The notes under the pieces: generated by a model
What the model was told of the DNA's origin: nothing
Seen by the model: the letters and a program-made list of their open reading frames with translations, nothing else
Databases searched by the model: none
Part shown: positions 1-11,680 of the stretch, piece after piece
How the letters are laid out: each line of letters opens with the position of its first letter
Position numbering within the stretch: position 1 is the stretch's first letter
Made by a program: the position numbers and the translations under genes
Source of the DNA: Haliotis rufescens
Taxonomy: Eukaryota
Assembly (NCBI RefSeq): GCF_023055435.1
Contig: NW_025963802.1
Span: 41,292,001 to 41,356,000 of the forward strand
DNA length: 64,000 nucleotides
Direction of reading: 5' to 3'

Positions 1-877
1 ATTTCCTATTGTATGACACTTTTATGTAGTTTATGATACATCTTAGCAGTTTTTATTCAACGACTAAACCGACATCACAAGGCATGCTTTCTTGTTTCCG
101 TTTATCAAACTTATGAAAGTGTGAATGAATCAACTAATTAAACGTACAAGTCTTACAGAAAGAGTTTGCGAACAAGAATCAAATTACATGCAAGAGGAAT
201 AAATATAAACATTGGGATTAAAATGAAAGTTAAGCAACTTCTTTAATATAATTACATTATGTTATTCAATCATGATCTCTTACTCCAATTTTCTATCTGA
301 ATTGTCTGCACCACCTCCGTGCTCGTGGGTTTCACCAAAGTGAAAAAATGAAGTGACAAAACTCTTTCCATACCCAATAGAAATCTCTGCATAAAGCAGA
401 GTCGACAGTACGATGCAAACTATATCATGAGGATATGTTTATGAATCACTATCAAATAGTAATGATACCAGGTGTTCGCGAAAAGGTGAGCGTTTCCTGC
501 CCCACTGGTGGCACCCGTCACAAACACATGCAAAGGCAAGTCAGTTGTTAAGTCCGATATATATCTATATCTCCGAGTGAAATCATCATGATAGACATGT
601 GTTACCGTGTAGTGTACTGGTCATGTATGGATTGGAAATCATTGAACATACAAGACATAAATATACTGTAAGGATATTTATTAACAGTTATACATATAAG
701 CGATAACATCCCAAACATCTTTGTTTAGGATGCAAAACATGTCAACTTTGAAGACACAACTGCTTGAAGCAATACTGACAGTATCTGACACCAACACTAT
801 CAATGCAAAACTGGCTGAACCAGAATGGATAGCCCTGATTTTGTTTCATCCCGAACTAAGACACTGTTTCTGTTCAT

Positions 878-1704
878 TTAGAGTATCATGTAGGTGGGGT
901 CATATACAGCAGGTCCTGTCGGAGCAACATCAGTTGCGGCAATAGTCGTGGGAGCAGCAGCAGAGGGGGCAGCAGCAGCATTAGCGTCGAGATCAACATA
1001 CACTGGACCTGCAGGAGACAAAATACAAATAACTGACTTTGACACGATACCGAATGCATTTTGTACAAACACATCAACACTGTAGTCATGTTTCTGATCT
1101 ACTGCTGGTTTCTTTTGTATCAATTGCATAAGTATCGAGATAAAATAAAATAAACTGACTATTAAGCCATGTTTCTTATTTACTGTATGTTCATTTCTGT
1201 AAATTTATAAAGGCATCGAGATCGTACCAGAACCAGAATCTGTAGAATAGAAAATAAATAAATAAATAGGGGATGTATTACTTGATAATAAACCTTGAAA
1301 CACATCAGCAAGGTTGTCCGTGTTCTCATTTACTGTTAGCGGTTCTATCACAATGTAATAATGCACTTACCATTACCATTGGATTGAATGGCACCAGCGC
1401 CCTGTAACCCTGGATGGACTAATCCTTGGTTGGGGAGCCCTGAGCCGAGACCAAGAGGGGAAACACCAAGTCCGTAAGGGGAAACACCAAGTCCGTAAGG
1501 GGAAATTCCATATCCGAGAGGAGGAATCCCAAGACCGAAGGGGTGCATCCCAAGACCAAAGCCGGGAATTCTAAGGCCGAAGTGGGGAAACCCTAGGCCG
1601 AAATGAGGATTGCCGATGCCACCGAAAGGAGGGAAACCAATTCCAAAACCGTGCGTTCTTGTTATGGCAACAAGGCAGACAATGATGACAGCAAGTACCT
1701 TCAT
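878..1704 (-). CDS. Gene A1: secreted Gly/Pro/Leu heptad-repeat protein, 154 aa; CDS join(1704..1371,1008..878); non-coding exon 1 ~2423..2375
   Basis: Signal peptide MKVLAVIIVCLVAITRTHG; GLGxPxF/L heptads; phase-1 intron with GTAAGT donor (1370-1365) and CTCCTGCAG acceptor (AG 1010-1009) giving GPVYVDLDANAAAAPSAAAPTTIAATDVAPTGPAVYDPTYMIL*; acceptor AG at 1719-1718 before the ATG; AATAAA at 682-677; same structure in six paralogues. Confidence 0.9.
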
Positions 1705-2419
1705 GGTTTATTTGAATCTGGGAAGTAAGAGAAAATGTACATGTGTTAATTGAAACCGTGAAATATTTAATGACGTCATTTCTATTTTGACGATGATTTA
1801 CAAAATGTAATGCAAATGAAGGACATACTGTAAACCATTTAGCTTTCTTCACTGAGAACTAAAACTATATTAACAAAGGCCACTTTATATTCAACTCCAT
1901 CCTAAATTTTAAACGCATATTTACATGTTATCAAACACGTTTGTATATTCACAAACACACTGAATTTGACAACTCAAAACGTTGAAATATCGCCTTTGTC
2001 CGAATAAAATAACAATCACCCAGAAACGTCCCAATCGCTATAATATTTATTTTTATCTTCTTGTAATTTGAATCGAATGTGAAGTAGATTATGAAGCATC
2101 CAGTGATCTGAATTATTGTTCTTTTAGGATTGGTTTGGAATAACATGATAATGCTAACATTCCCATCACTGCATATTAAGATGTTTAAGAAAATGCAATA
2201 ATATGTATTCCGTCATGAACAGAGCGGGTAGAATTATGTAAATAATTATATTCGTGCACATGGATAATCCGTGAGAAGGATCCGGTTCCATATACCACGC
2301 AAGTACTTCATGTGAACACGAAATGAAATTAATATATGCGATGACGACATTAAACTGCACACAAAAATACTTACTTTTCTACGGATCAGAATAGGTTTAC
2401 CAGGAGAGTCCGAATCGGA

Positions 2420-2630
2420 AAGTGAAGTCTGCATCAAAACGTCTACCTTATATACTAAGACAGACGGTTATATGCACCGGTCCACTTACGGTCATAAATT
2501 GTAAATGTGTCTGCACTATGACGGGGTTGTCAACGTATTATACAACGATGGCCAGTCTATGTTAGCTGTGTGATAGTATTTATTGACAAGGACTCATTGA
2601 TTGACGGCAACAATGGACAGTAAATTATGT
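2420..2630 (-). promoter_or_regulatory. A1 core promoter (TATA plus Inr-like TCACTT) and conserved upstream module
   Basis: Minus-strand TATATAAG at ~2455-2447, about 30 nt above TCACTT (2425-2420); exon-1 donor GTAAGT at 2374-2369; block GTCATAAATTGT...GTTGTCAAC..TTATACAACGATG...GACGGCAACAATGGACAG conserved upstream of all paralogues. Confidence 0.75.
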
Positions 2631-3223
2631 CATTCCTTACAGACGTTTTTTCAAGAAATGTGAGGAATTCATCAGCTCATTACACATATAGGGTGAATAC
2701 ATGTCAAATTGTGGAGAGAGAGAGAGAGAGAGAGATAAAGAGAGAGTGAGGGATAGAGAGAGTAATACATGTTATTTTAAATACAATTTACTTTGCATGA
2801 TGTACGTAAATTGTAAGATTTATAATTGTACGTGTTTCACAGGAAGACATTCGCTTATTAAATGCAACAAGATGGGTAAATTTTGACGAATATATGTTGA
2901 TATGTCAATATACTCATTGATGGACGGCAACAATGGACAGTAAATTATGTCATTCCTTACATACGTTGATTCAAGAAATGTGAGGAATTCATCAGCTCAT
3001 TACACATATAGGGTGAATACATGTCAAATAGTGGAGAGAGAGAGAGATAAAAAGAGAGAGAGAGAGAGTGAGAGAGAGTGAGAGAGTAATTCATGTTATT
3101 TTAAATACAATTTACATTGTATGATGTAGGTTAATTGTAAAATTTCTAATTGTACGTGTATCACAGGAAGACATTCGCTTATTATATACAACAAGATGGG
3201 TACATTTTGACGAATATATGTTG
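2592..3223. repeat. Local ~320-bp tandem duplication containing (GA)n microsatellites
   Basis: ACTCATTGA..GACGGCAACAATGGACAGTAAATTATG starts at 2592 and again at 2912; GA runs at ~2715-2762 and ~3034-3086. Confidence 0.9.
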
Positions 3224-3229
3224 CCCTAA

Positions 3230-4230
3230 TGCATTCCAAATCATAGCAAAGAGAACCTTAACTTCGGTAGTGTAACAACAACATAGTTCACGTACTCGCA
3301 GTTGTCTTGGCTGCAGTTAGATCCTCTTGTTTTTATTTTTAATTGGTGTGAACTACATTTAAAACGAGCCTGAGCTACTTTAAATTTGGAAACTGTTATA
3401 ACCTCAACATACAATTCCGAGCAAACGGATTGTTTACAAAAGGTATAACTATTGGTTTCAATACCCGGAAGGAGCCCATCACCCTACAATTTACCGTATA
3501 TTACCTTCACACGAAATAAAAATACAAGATAATTAATAATATTTGAAAAGTATTATGCTTAAATTGTTGTTCCCATACATAGTCAAATCAAGCAGAAAAA
3601 GACATTTTTTGCTAACTTTTGAAGCCCAATTAATCACATTTCCCATTTTCTGATGTATGAAACATCATATTATAACACCTATTCACATATCTACTTTCAG
3701 GCACTCGCAAAATACTGCAGCGATACTTTGAAACACGTTTTCTATGGATAAAATTATAGTTCGATATCGGTCGCATTCTCCTGCGCTAAATGTGCTATTT
3801 GAAAACTCACGTTGCGCGTTTGGTTCCAAATTAAATTTAACACGGTTAAATCTACAGTTAACTAAGCTGAACATTGAAAACACAGTTTGTTCATCTTCTA
3901 ACTCAAGGCGTTTTAAATAGATTGCAAAGCATGTAATATCCTTGCAAATGATTTGAGGCTTTTGAAAAATCAACATATGCAGCATAAACCTTACCCTCTT
4001 CTTAGACAAATGCCGTTGGATAATTACTTGCAAAATAAATATATTATCAACAGCATATGCATTTGACCAGAACACCAGTCTTGTTGAGCACAGACGTATA
4101 TAAAGTACTGAATACACTTAGCTGCTATTTGACTCCATAATTATTTGGATTTTGTTTATCCCCACTCTTATGAATGATAACTCCTAAGTTCAAAGAGATT
4201 TAAAAATGTGCTTTCTCAGATAAATTGTTA
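3230..4230 (-). mobile_element. Decayed non-LTR retrotransposon (RTE-X/CR1-like) RT relic, paralogous to 9490-11030
   Basis: Fragmentary DNIFILQVIIQRHLSKKRVRF (RT domain-like); collinear with the relic upstream of A2; many stops and frameshifts. Confidence 0.55.
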
Positions 4231-4786
4231 CACATAAGTTAGTATATGGTACTATTAGATCAGATGAGAACTTGTAGAACTTAGCAATGGAGATGTTTAA
4301 TTCGTTTTTACTCTACAATATTTCCCTTTCTGCTTAACTGCCAATCTTACCTGTCTAAAGGGGACTGGTCACACATATCCCCATTATCACATTGAGTTTC
4401 AATTAACAGGACAGTTGGCAATGAAAGCGGTCGTAAAGTGGTTATACCCATTGGTAACAGAAATGGGTTGGGTAACACTGTATTGGAGTGGGAATAGTTT
4501 AAGTGACAACCCATTTAGGTCATTCAATGTTATCAGCTTTACTCAATATGTGCATCATACACTATCCAGATATTATTCTTATTTCTTGGGTCATAATGAA
4601 AATACATACCAAGAGTCAAACTGTATGTTTAGTGTTTTTTTCTAAATTTGTATTATGTATACACAAAAACAGAAAGGTGTCTGTGTACATTCTGCATAAA
4701 ACTCATACAAAAATGAATGTCGAAATGTTACGAAGTGTATTAATGTACCAGTTACTTATTACCGTTACAGATACACTGTTTTGGTT

Positions 4787-5035
4787 GAGTGAGTGAGTTA
4801 TTTGGGTTTAACGCCGCTTTTAACAGTATTCCAGTTATATCACGGCGTGTCAGCTTCATGTATGAGGAAAGCCCCAAGTGATGCAGGTCTCAGACGTTTA
4901 CCACTTCGGTAAAACCCACGAGCACGGGTATGGTGCTGACAAACCTAGAAACATAATGGGGGCGAACCGGGATTCGAACCCACAATCATAGGTTTCTGGC
5001 GTGCAAAAGGGCGCAACTCTAGATAGCGAATCGCA
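4787..5035 (-). mobile_element. SINE family 3 (tRNA-derived head, V-domain-like body), 5'-truncated
   Basis: Reverse complement of 11058-11341; B-box GGTTCGAATCCC; (CACT)n tail. Confidence 0.85.
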
Positions 5036-5160
5036 AAAACAAGCATTTTTTACGACTAATACATTGTTGGAAGAAAATCAGGTAGCAATGCCAACACGTT
5101 TTGAATTGTCTGTGAATCTGTGTACATGTGTGTGTGTGTGTGTGTGTGTGTTTGTGTATA

Positions 5161-5431
5161 CACTCTTCAAAAAAAAGAAACGCACAGGTAGATTTTTAGT
5201 AATTGCATTGTCCCTAATAAAGTCGATATTTTTAATTTAATATTCTCATAGATGCAAATATGAAATTTTGGAGCTCGATAGTCACATGTTGTCGTTGTAC
5301 AAAGGCATTGAAAACTGTTCATTGTCATGTCACATAAGGGCACAAGGTTGCGCTGAACTCAGTATCTCGTTCTCGTAGTCAGCTTCAATGAACTACATAT
5401 TACCTGTGCGTTTCTTCTTTTTTGAAGAGTG
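5161..5431. mobile_element. Tc1/mariner-type MITE
   Basis: TIR CACTCTTCAAAAAAAAGAAACGCACAGGTA (5161-5190) and its near-perfect inverse at 5401-5431; TA on the left. Confidence 0.8.
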
Positions 5432-5659
5432 TTTGTACATATGAATTACGACTGTCGTTATTTCGAAATAAGTAGACTAGTGCAAAACATGGAGGTTTAC
5501 GTAGGTGTATAAATCTACAATTTCTAGTGCGGGTAAATACTTAAAATTAAAGCGACTAAAACTTCACCATAATCATAAGACATATCTGCTGAACGCAAAG
5601 TTTATTTTACGGTTTTGACCCTTTAATAAGCATGTGTTTATGAGAAACTATTAATTAGT

Positions 5660-6240
5660 GATGATGCCAGGGGATGGCGAAAAGGTGAAAGTATCCTGCC
5701 ATTATTGATCTTTATTGAACGATATCAGATCATCGATATACCTGCAGCTTAGATTATACCTCTTGACCAAATGCCCTTGTTAAGATTCTGACAATGCAGT
5801 TCATATGCATAAAGAAACAAATCAGCTGAGAGGGGAGCATAATTAGTGCCCATGGGGATGAATATATGTACATCATTCCTGCATATCCTATTTCTAAAGC
5901 TCCCAAAGATTTTTATCTTTGAGGAAAAACAGGATTTCACACATTGTTTTATCAGTTAACTTCAGGTGACATTTCTCACAAATTGCCCTAAACCTTGGAT
6001 AATAGAGTTGTAACTATACATATTGTCATCACATTTAGTGACAAATTCGCCATGGGTGAAAAAATGAAATGTCCCCTTAAGTTTGCTTAAATTATTAATG
6101 TAATTAATAATAATTTTCCGAGATTGCAACACGTTCAAGCAAATATTTTAAGTTTTTTGAGAATGAACGGTGTCTTAATTCCACTTGTCACAAATACTTT
6201 CTGTGAATATAAAGGCAATGCAGCCTTAGTTGTATTAAGA
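5660..6240 (-). mobile_element. Penelope-like element reverse transcriptase relic
   Basis: IPMGTNYAPLSADLFLYAYE followed (after a frame break) by CRYIDDLISFN, the RT catalytic YIDD motif; ends in the recurrent terminal motif at ~5660-5700. Confidence 0.75.
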
Positions 6241-7702
6241 ACTATGGTTCATCTTTGAGACATGGATCCGGTGAGTACATTTGCTGGATCCAGTAATATA
6301 TATCTCTGTATCCAGATTTTTTTTAGCTTTGGAATCCAGTACGAAAGAGAAATTGACAAGTCTGCAGGCCAAAAGTTGATCCCATATATCGGACCGGGTG
6401 GAACAATTTTACCTGTCCCGTGCTTTGACATGTCAGCATCACAACTGATTCAATTTTGTTTGTTTGTAACAGCGCACTCAGAAATATTGCAGCTATATGA
6501 CTTCTCCAAGATAAAGATGGTTGATGATTATCGTGTATTTTAATCTGTATAGCAAGACGGGTTTCTTTCAATGTAGATCATTCAACGGCTACAACTTTTA
6601 AGCCCATTTTGCAGTTTGACGCCACATATATGTGCTCTATAGTGTCAGTTTATTTTGCTGTCCAAAACCATTCATCTCCCCCATAACTACACCTATATTT
6701 CATATAACACTGCAAAAAGTGCATTCAACATTCGTGTATTTTCATTTTGATTACATTGACTGATTCCCTTTATACGGCCATTCTCTCAGTAGATCAGTCA
6801 GCACACGACTTAATACACCTAGCATTTCCTATTGTATGACACTTTTATGTAGTTTATGATACATCTTAGCAGTTTTTATTCAACAACTAAACCAACATTA
6901 CAAGGCATGCTTTCTTGTTTCCGTTTATCAAACTTATGAAAGTGTGAATGAATGAACTAATCAAATGACAAGTCTTACAGAAAGAGTTTGCGAACAAGAA
7001 TCAAATTACATGCAAGAGGAATAAATATAAACACAGGGATTAAAATGAAAGTTAAGCAACTTCTTTAATATAATTACATTATGTTATATATTCAATCATG
7101 ATCTCTTACTCCAATTTTCTTTCTGAATTGTCTGCACCACCTCCGTGCTCGTGGGTTTCACCAAAGTGAAAAAATGAAGTGACAAAACTCTTTCCATACC
7201 CAATAGAAATCTTTGCATAAAGCAGAGTCGACAGTACGATGCCAACTATATCATGAGAATATGTTTATGAATCACTATCAAATAGTAATGATACCAGGTG
7301 TCCGTGAAAAGGTGAGCGTATCCTGCCCCACTGGTGGCACCCGTCACAAACACATGCAAAGGCAAGTCAGTTGTTAAGTCCGATATCTATCTATATCTCC
7401 GAGTGAAATTATCATGATAGACGTGTGTTACCGTGTAGTGTACTGGCCATGTATGGATTAGAAATCATTGAAAATACAACACATGAATATACTGTAAGGA
7501 TGTTTATTAACAGTTATACATATAAGCGATTACATCCCAAACACCTTTGTTTAGGATGCCAAACATGTCAACTTTGAAGACAACTGCTTGAAGCAATACT
7601 GACAGTATCTGACACCAACATTATCAATGCAAAACTGGCTGAACCAGAATGGATAGCACTGATTTTGTTCCATCCCGAACTATGACACCGTTCGGTGTTC
7701 AT

Positions 7703-8496
7703 TTAAAGTGCCATGTAAGCGGGGACATAGGCAGCAGATCCTGTTTGAGCAGTTGCGGCAATAGTCGTGGGAGCAGCAGCAGCATTAGCGTCGAGATCAA
7801 CATACACAGGACCTGCAGGAGACACAATACAATGATCTGACTTTTGACACGATACGTAATACCTCTTGTACAAACACATCAACACAGTAGTCTTGTTTCT
7901 GGTTCATTGCTTGTTCATTTTTATTAAATTGCATAAGCATCGGAAGACATCAGCAAGGTTGTCCGTGTTCTCGTTTACTGTTAGTGGTTCTATCACATTG
8001 CGGGACGGTCGGGTAGCTAAGTGGTTAAAGCGTTAAAGACCCAGGTTCGATTCCCGACATGGGTAAAATGTATGAAGCCCATTTCTGCTGTCCCCCGCTA
8101 TATTGCTAAAAGCGGCGTAAAACCATACTCACTTACTCACTCACTCACTCACTCACTCTATCACATTGCAACAATGCACTTACCATTACCATTGGTTTGA
8201 ATGGCACCGGCGCCCTGTAATCCTGGCTGAACTAGTCCTTTGTTGGCGAGCCCTGAGCCGAGACCAAGAGGGGAAACACCAAGACCGTAAGGGGAAACAC
8301 CAAGACCGTAAGGGGAAATTCCAAGACCGAAGGGGTCAATTCCATGACCGAAGGGGGGAATTCCAAGGCCGAAATGGGGATTTCCAAAGGCGAAGGGGGA
8401 CATACCGATCCCACCGAAAGGAGGGAAACCAATCCCAAAACCGTGTGTTGTTGTTATGGTAACAAGGCAGACAATGGTGACAGCAAGGACCTTCAT
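7703..8496 (-). CDS. Gene A2: secreted heptad-repeat protein, 140 aa; CDS join(8496..8184,7812..7703); non-coding exon 1 ends 9065
   Basis: Signal peptide MKVLAVTIVCLVTITTTHG; donor GTAAGT 8183-8178, acceptor AG 7814-7813; tail GPVYVDLDANAAAAPTTIAATAQTGSAAYVPAYMAL*; one heptad shorter than A1 in exon 2. Confidence 0.88.
8002..8156 (+). mobile_element. SINE family 1 (tRNA-Asp-like head) inserted in intron 2 of A2
   Basis: 13-bp TSD TCTATCACATTGC at 7989-8001 and 8157-8169; empty site in A1 (~1344-1356); A/B boxes; (CACT)n tail. Confidence 0.92.
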
Positions 8497-9109
8497 GGTT
8501 TATTAGAATCTGGGAAGTGAGAGAAAAGGCACATGTATTAATTGAAACCGTAAAATACTTATTGACGTGATATATTTTTTGACGATGATTTACAAATGCA
8601 AGTGAAAAGACACTAAGAGGCATGCCTACCAAATATATTTGTTACGCATGCATTTTCCCTAACACACTGACTTTGACAACTCAAAACGTTTTAATATCGC
8701 CTTTGTCCGAATGAAATAATAATCAATCAGAAACGTCCAATTGTTATAATATATCTTCCTGAAATTTGAAACGAATTAAAGTAGATTATGAAGCATCCAG
8801 TGATCTAAATTATTGTTCTTTGAAGAATGGATTGAAATAACATGATAATGCTAACATTCCTATCACTGCATATTAAGATGTTTAAGAAAACGGAATAATA
8901 TGTCATGACAAGAGCGGGTAGAATTGTGAAAACAATTAAATATTTGCACATGGATAATCCGTGAGAAGGATCCTGTTTCATATACCACATATCTTCTTCA
9001 TGTGAACACGAAATGAAATTAATATGAGCGATGACGACATTAAACTGCACACAAGAATACTTACTTTTCTACAGATCAGAATAGGTTTGCCAGGAGAGTC
9101 CGAATCGGA

Positions 9110-9325
9110 AAGTGAAGTCTGCACCAAAACTACAACCTTTCATAGTAAGACAGACGGTTAAATGCACGGGTCCACTTACGGTCATCAATTGTAAATGTGT
9201 CTGCACCATGACGGGTTGTCAACGTATTACACAACGATGGCCGGTCTATGTTAAATGTGTGTCGGCGTTGTTATTTATTGATCTGGACTTATTGGTCGAC
9301 GACAACAATGGACAGTAAATTATGT
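9110..9325 (-). promoter_or_regulatory. A2 promoter module with altered TATA and homeodomain-type sites
   Basis: Aligned to A1: TATATAAG becomes TATGAAAG (~9144-9137) and GTCATAAA becomes GTCATCAA (9181-9188). Confidence 0.65.
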
Positions 9326-9489
9326 CATTCCTTACAGAAGTTTATTCAAGAAATGTGAGGAGTCCATCAGCACATTACGCATATAATTTGAAAGAGAGGG
9401 TAAGACATGTTATTTTAAATCCAATTTACATTGCAGGATATATGTAAATAGTTATATTTAGTAATTTATATCAGAGGAAAACATTCGCT

Positions 9490-11030
9490 TATTATACACA
9501 ACGAGATGGGTACACATAAAGAATTTGACAAATAATGTTTGCCCTTATGGCATTATAGGCATTACAAATCACGACAAAGAGAATGGCATCTTCAATTGTG
9601 TCACAGTTATTTAGTTCACATACTTGCAGATCTCTTGGTTGCTGAACATACCTTTCTGGTTTTGTTTTTTTAATTGGTGTGAACGACATTCAAAACGAGC
9701 CAGGGCTAATAAAAATGTTTAAACTGTTATAACTTTAAGGTATAATTCCGAGCAAACGGATTGTTTAAAGTGTACACTTTTAAGTTTTATGCCCCGACGG
9801 AGGAGCACATCGCGTCAGTCTTGACTGTATATTGCTGTACAAGTACTGAGGTAAAGCTCAAGTAATATGTTTAAATTGTTGCTACCATACATAGCCAAAT
9901 CCTGAAAAAACCTTTCACGTGTACTTTCAAGCATTTGTAGCATCCCATTTATTAGACAGCTTAAACCATCAACATTTCCATATCGATGCACAGCTACCCG
10001 TTCCAAAATAAGGGTGTAAGATGTAACTCTGAAAGTTCTTATCCATAAACAATGTGATGTATTCATGTTATTTCAAATTAAAAGTGCCTTTCAAAGACCT
10101 AATGGGATAGATTTTTGAATATGCAGTGACTCAAATATAACATTAACGACTTTATTGGTTTGAAGTGACGCATTTATTTTATGATTCGACCATGTCAATG
10201 TCTTCGAAATGTCTGAAATATATTGTAATATGGAATATTTTCAATATTCGAACCTCTGTGAGTCCACTGTTCGTGTTTAGATAAAATATCCCTATTTAAA
10301 AAAATCACACTTTAATAAAATCATTTACAAGATGTACAGTTCAATGGTTATCAATACAAAACTGTCCGTGTGCATTAATATTGCCTTGGGAACCATATAC
10401 AGAGTCACAAAAGGGAAAGAGAAACAGTTGGACTGAAAGAAGATTATTATTATCTTACACATCTTTTCAAGGAGTCTTAAACTAATTGCAAGGCATTAAA
10501 CATCTTTGAAATATAAATGATCAATGCAGGATAATACAAAGGTCTAGATTATCTGCCGAAAAAGATTCCATTTGGCGTACAGGGCAAAACAGCTGTGTAA
10601 ACTATACGAAAATTGTCCACTAAAAATCAGTGATGACATCAAGTGTTCGCGAAAAAGGTAAGCATATCCTGCTCTACCGGTAGCACTCGCCATTCACAAA
10701 ATTTGCATAAAAAAGTGAATATGTATTGCCTGACGCCGCACAGCAATACTCCTGCCGTGCGAAACACCTCTATTCTTTAGAACACCCCATAATTTGGACC
10801 TATTTACAAAACCAAAGTCTTCTGAAAATCAACAAACGCAGCGTACATTTTTCCTTCTTCGTGGATAAATACTGTTGATAATTGCTTGCAAAATATACAT
10901 ATTATCAACGGAGCTATAACCTTTGCGAAAACTAACCTGGGATTCTTCAGTTTAATCATATGCATTTGACGAGGACACAAGACATTCAATGAGAATAAAT
11001 GTATAATTTACGAAGCACACTTCACAGTGT
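9490..11030 (-). mobile_element. Decayed RTE-X/CR1-like LINE (RT plus C-terminal Cys-rich region)
   Basis: GKMYAAFVDFQK (RT motif) at ~10820-10860; C-terminal VCELNNCDTIEDAILFVVICNAYNAIR resembles the Cx2-4C..EDExHF..C..Y..IR knuckle. Confidence 0.65.
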
Positions 11031-11057
11031 CATGCCACTATAATTATTTGCGTCCTA

Positions 11058-11341
11058 GGGGGCACGGGTGGCCCAGTCGTCTGAGGCGCCGCGATTCGCT
11101 ATGCAGGGTTGCGTCCCTTGGGCACGCCAGAAACCTATGATTGTGGGTTCGAATCCCGGTTCGCCCCGATTATGTTTCTAGGTTTGTCAGCACCATACCC
11201 GTGCTCGTGGGTTTCACCGAAGTGGTAAACGTCTAAGAGCTGCATCACTTCGGGCTTTCCTCCCACATTAAGCTGACACGCCGTGATATAACTGGAATAC
11301 TGTTAAAAGCGGCGTAAAACCCAACTCACTCACTCACTCAC
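11058..11341 (+). mobile_element. SINE family 3, full length (copies at ~20455-20738, 29685-29968, 39604-39887)
   Basis: 12-bp TSD TATTTGCGTCCT at 11045-11056 and 11342-11353; A-box TGGCCCAGTCG, B-box GGTTCGAATCCC; (CACT)n tail. Confidence 0.92.
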
Positions 11342-11588
11342 TATTTGCGTCCTCTCTGTTCCCACTCTTATGAAGAGGCAAGATAACTGCTCTGTTCCAT
11401 GGGGTTTAAAATGTGCTTCCTCGAACTATGTCAGTATCAGGACAGATAGCACTGAAAAGAGATTATACCCATTGTTAAAAGAAATGGGTGAGGTTACACT
11501 GAACTAGACTGAAAAGTTAAAGTGATCACCATGTACATGTATGTAGCTCAATCTTGTCTGCTTCACGTAATTCACCACGTGTATCATA

Positions 11589-11680
11589 TACAGTCAAGTC
11601 CCGTTTAATCCGACATCGATGGTTGCATATGATTATGTCGGATTAACGAGTATGTCGGATAAACGAAATTAAGTAGCATC
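11589..11680 (+). mobile_element. pogo/Tigger-like transposon end
   Basis: TA-CAGTCAAGTCCCGTTTAATCCGAC with internal inverted GTCGGATTAACG sub-repeats; partner TIR not found. Confidence 0.5.

Larger units (their letters stand above)
6824..11590 (+). repeat. Segmental duplicate of 1-~4560 (the A1 block)
   Basis: Position 1 ATTTCCTATTGTATGACAC = 6824; collinear through the gene, promoter and LINE relic up to GTTATACCCATTG..AGAAATGGGT (4441 / 11463). Confidence 0.9.
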
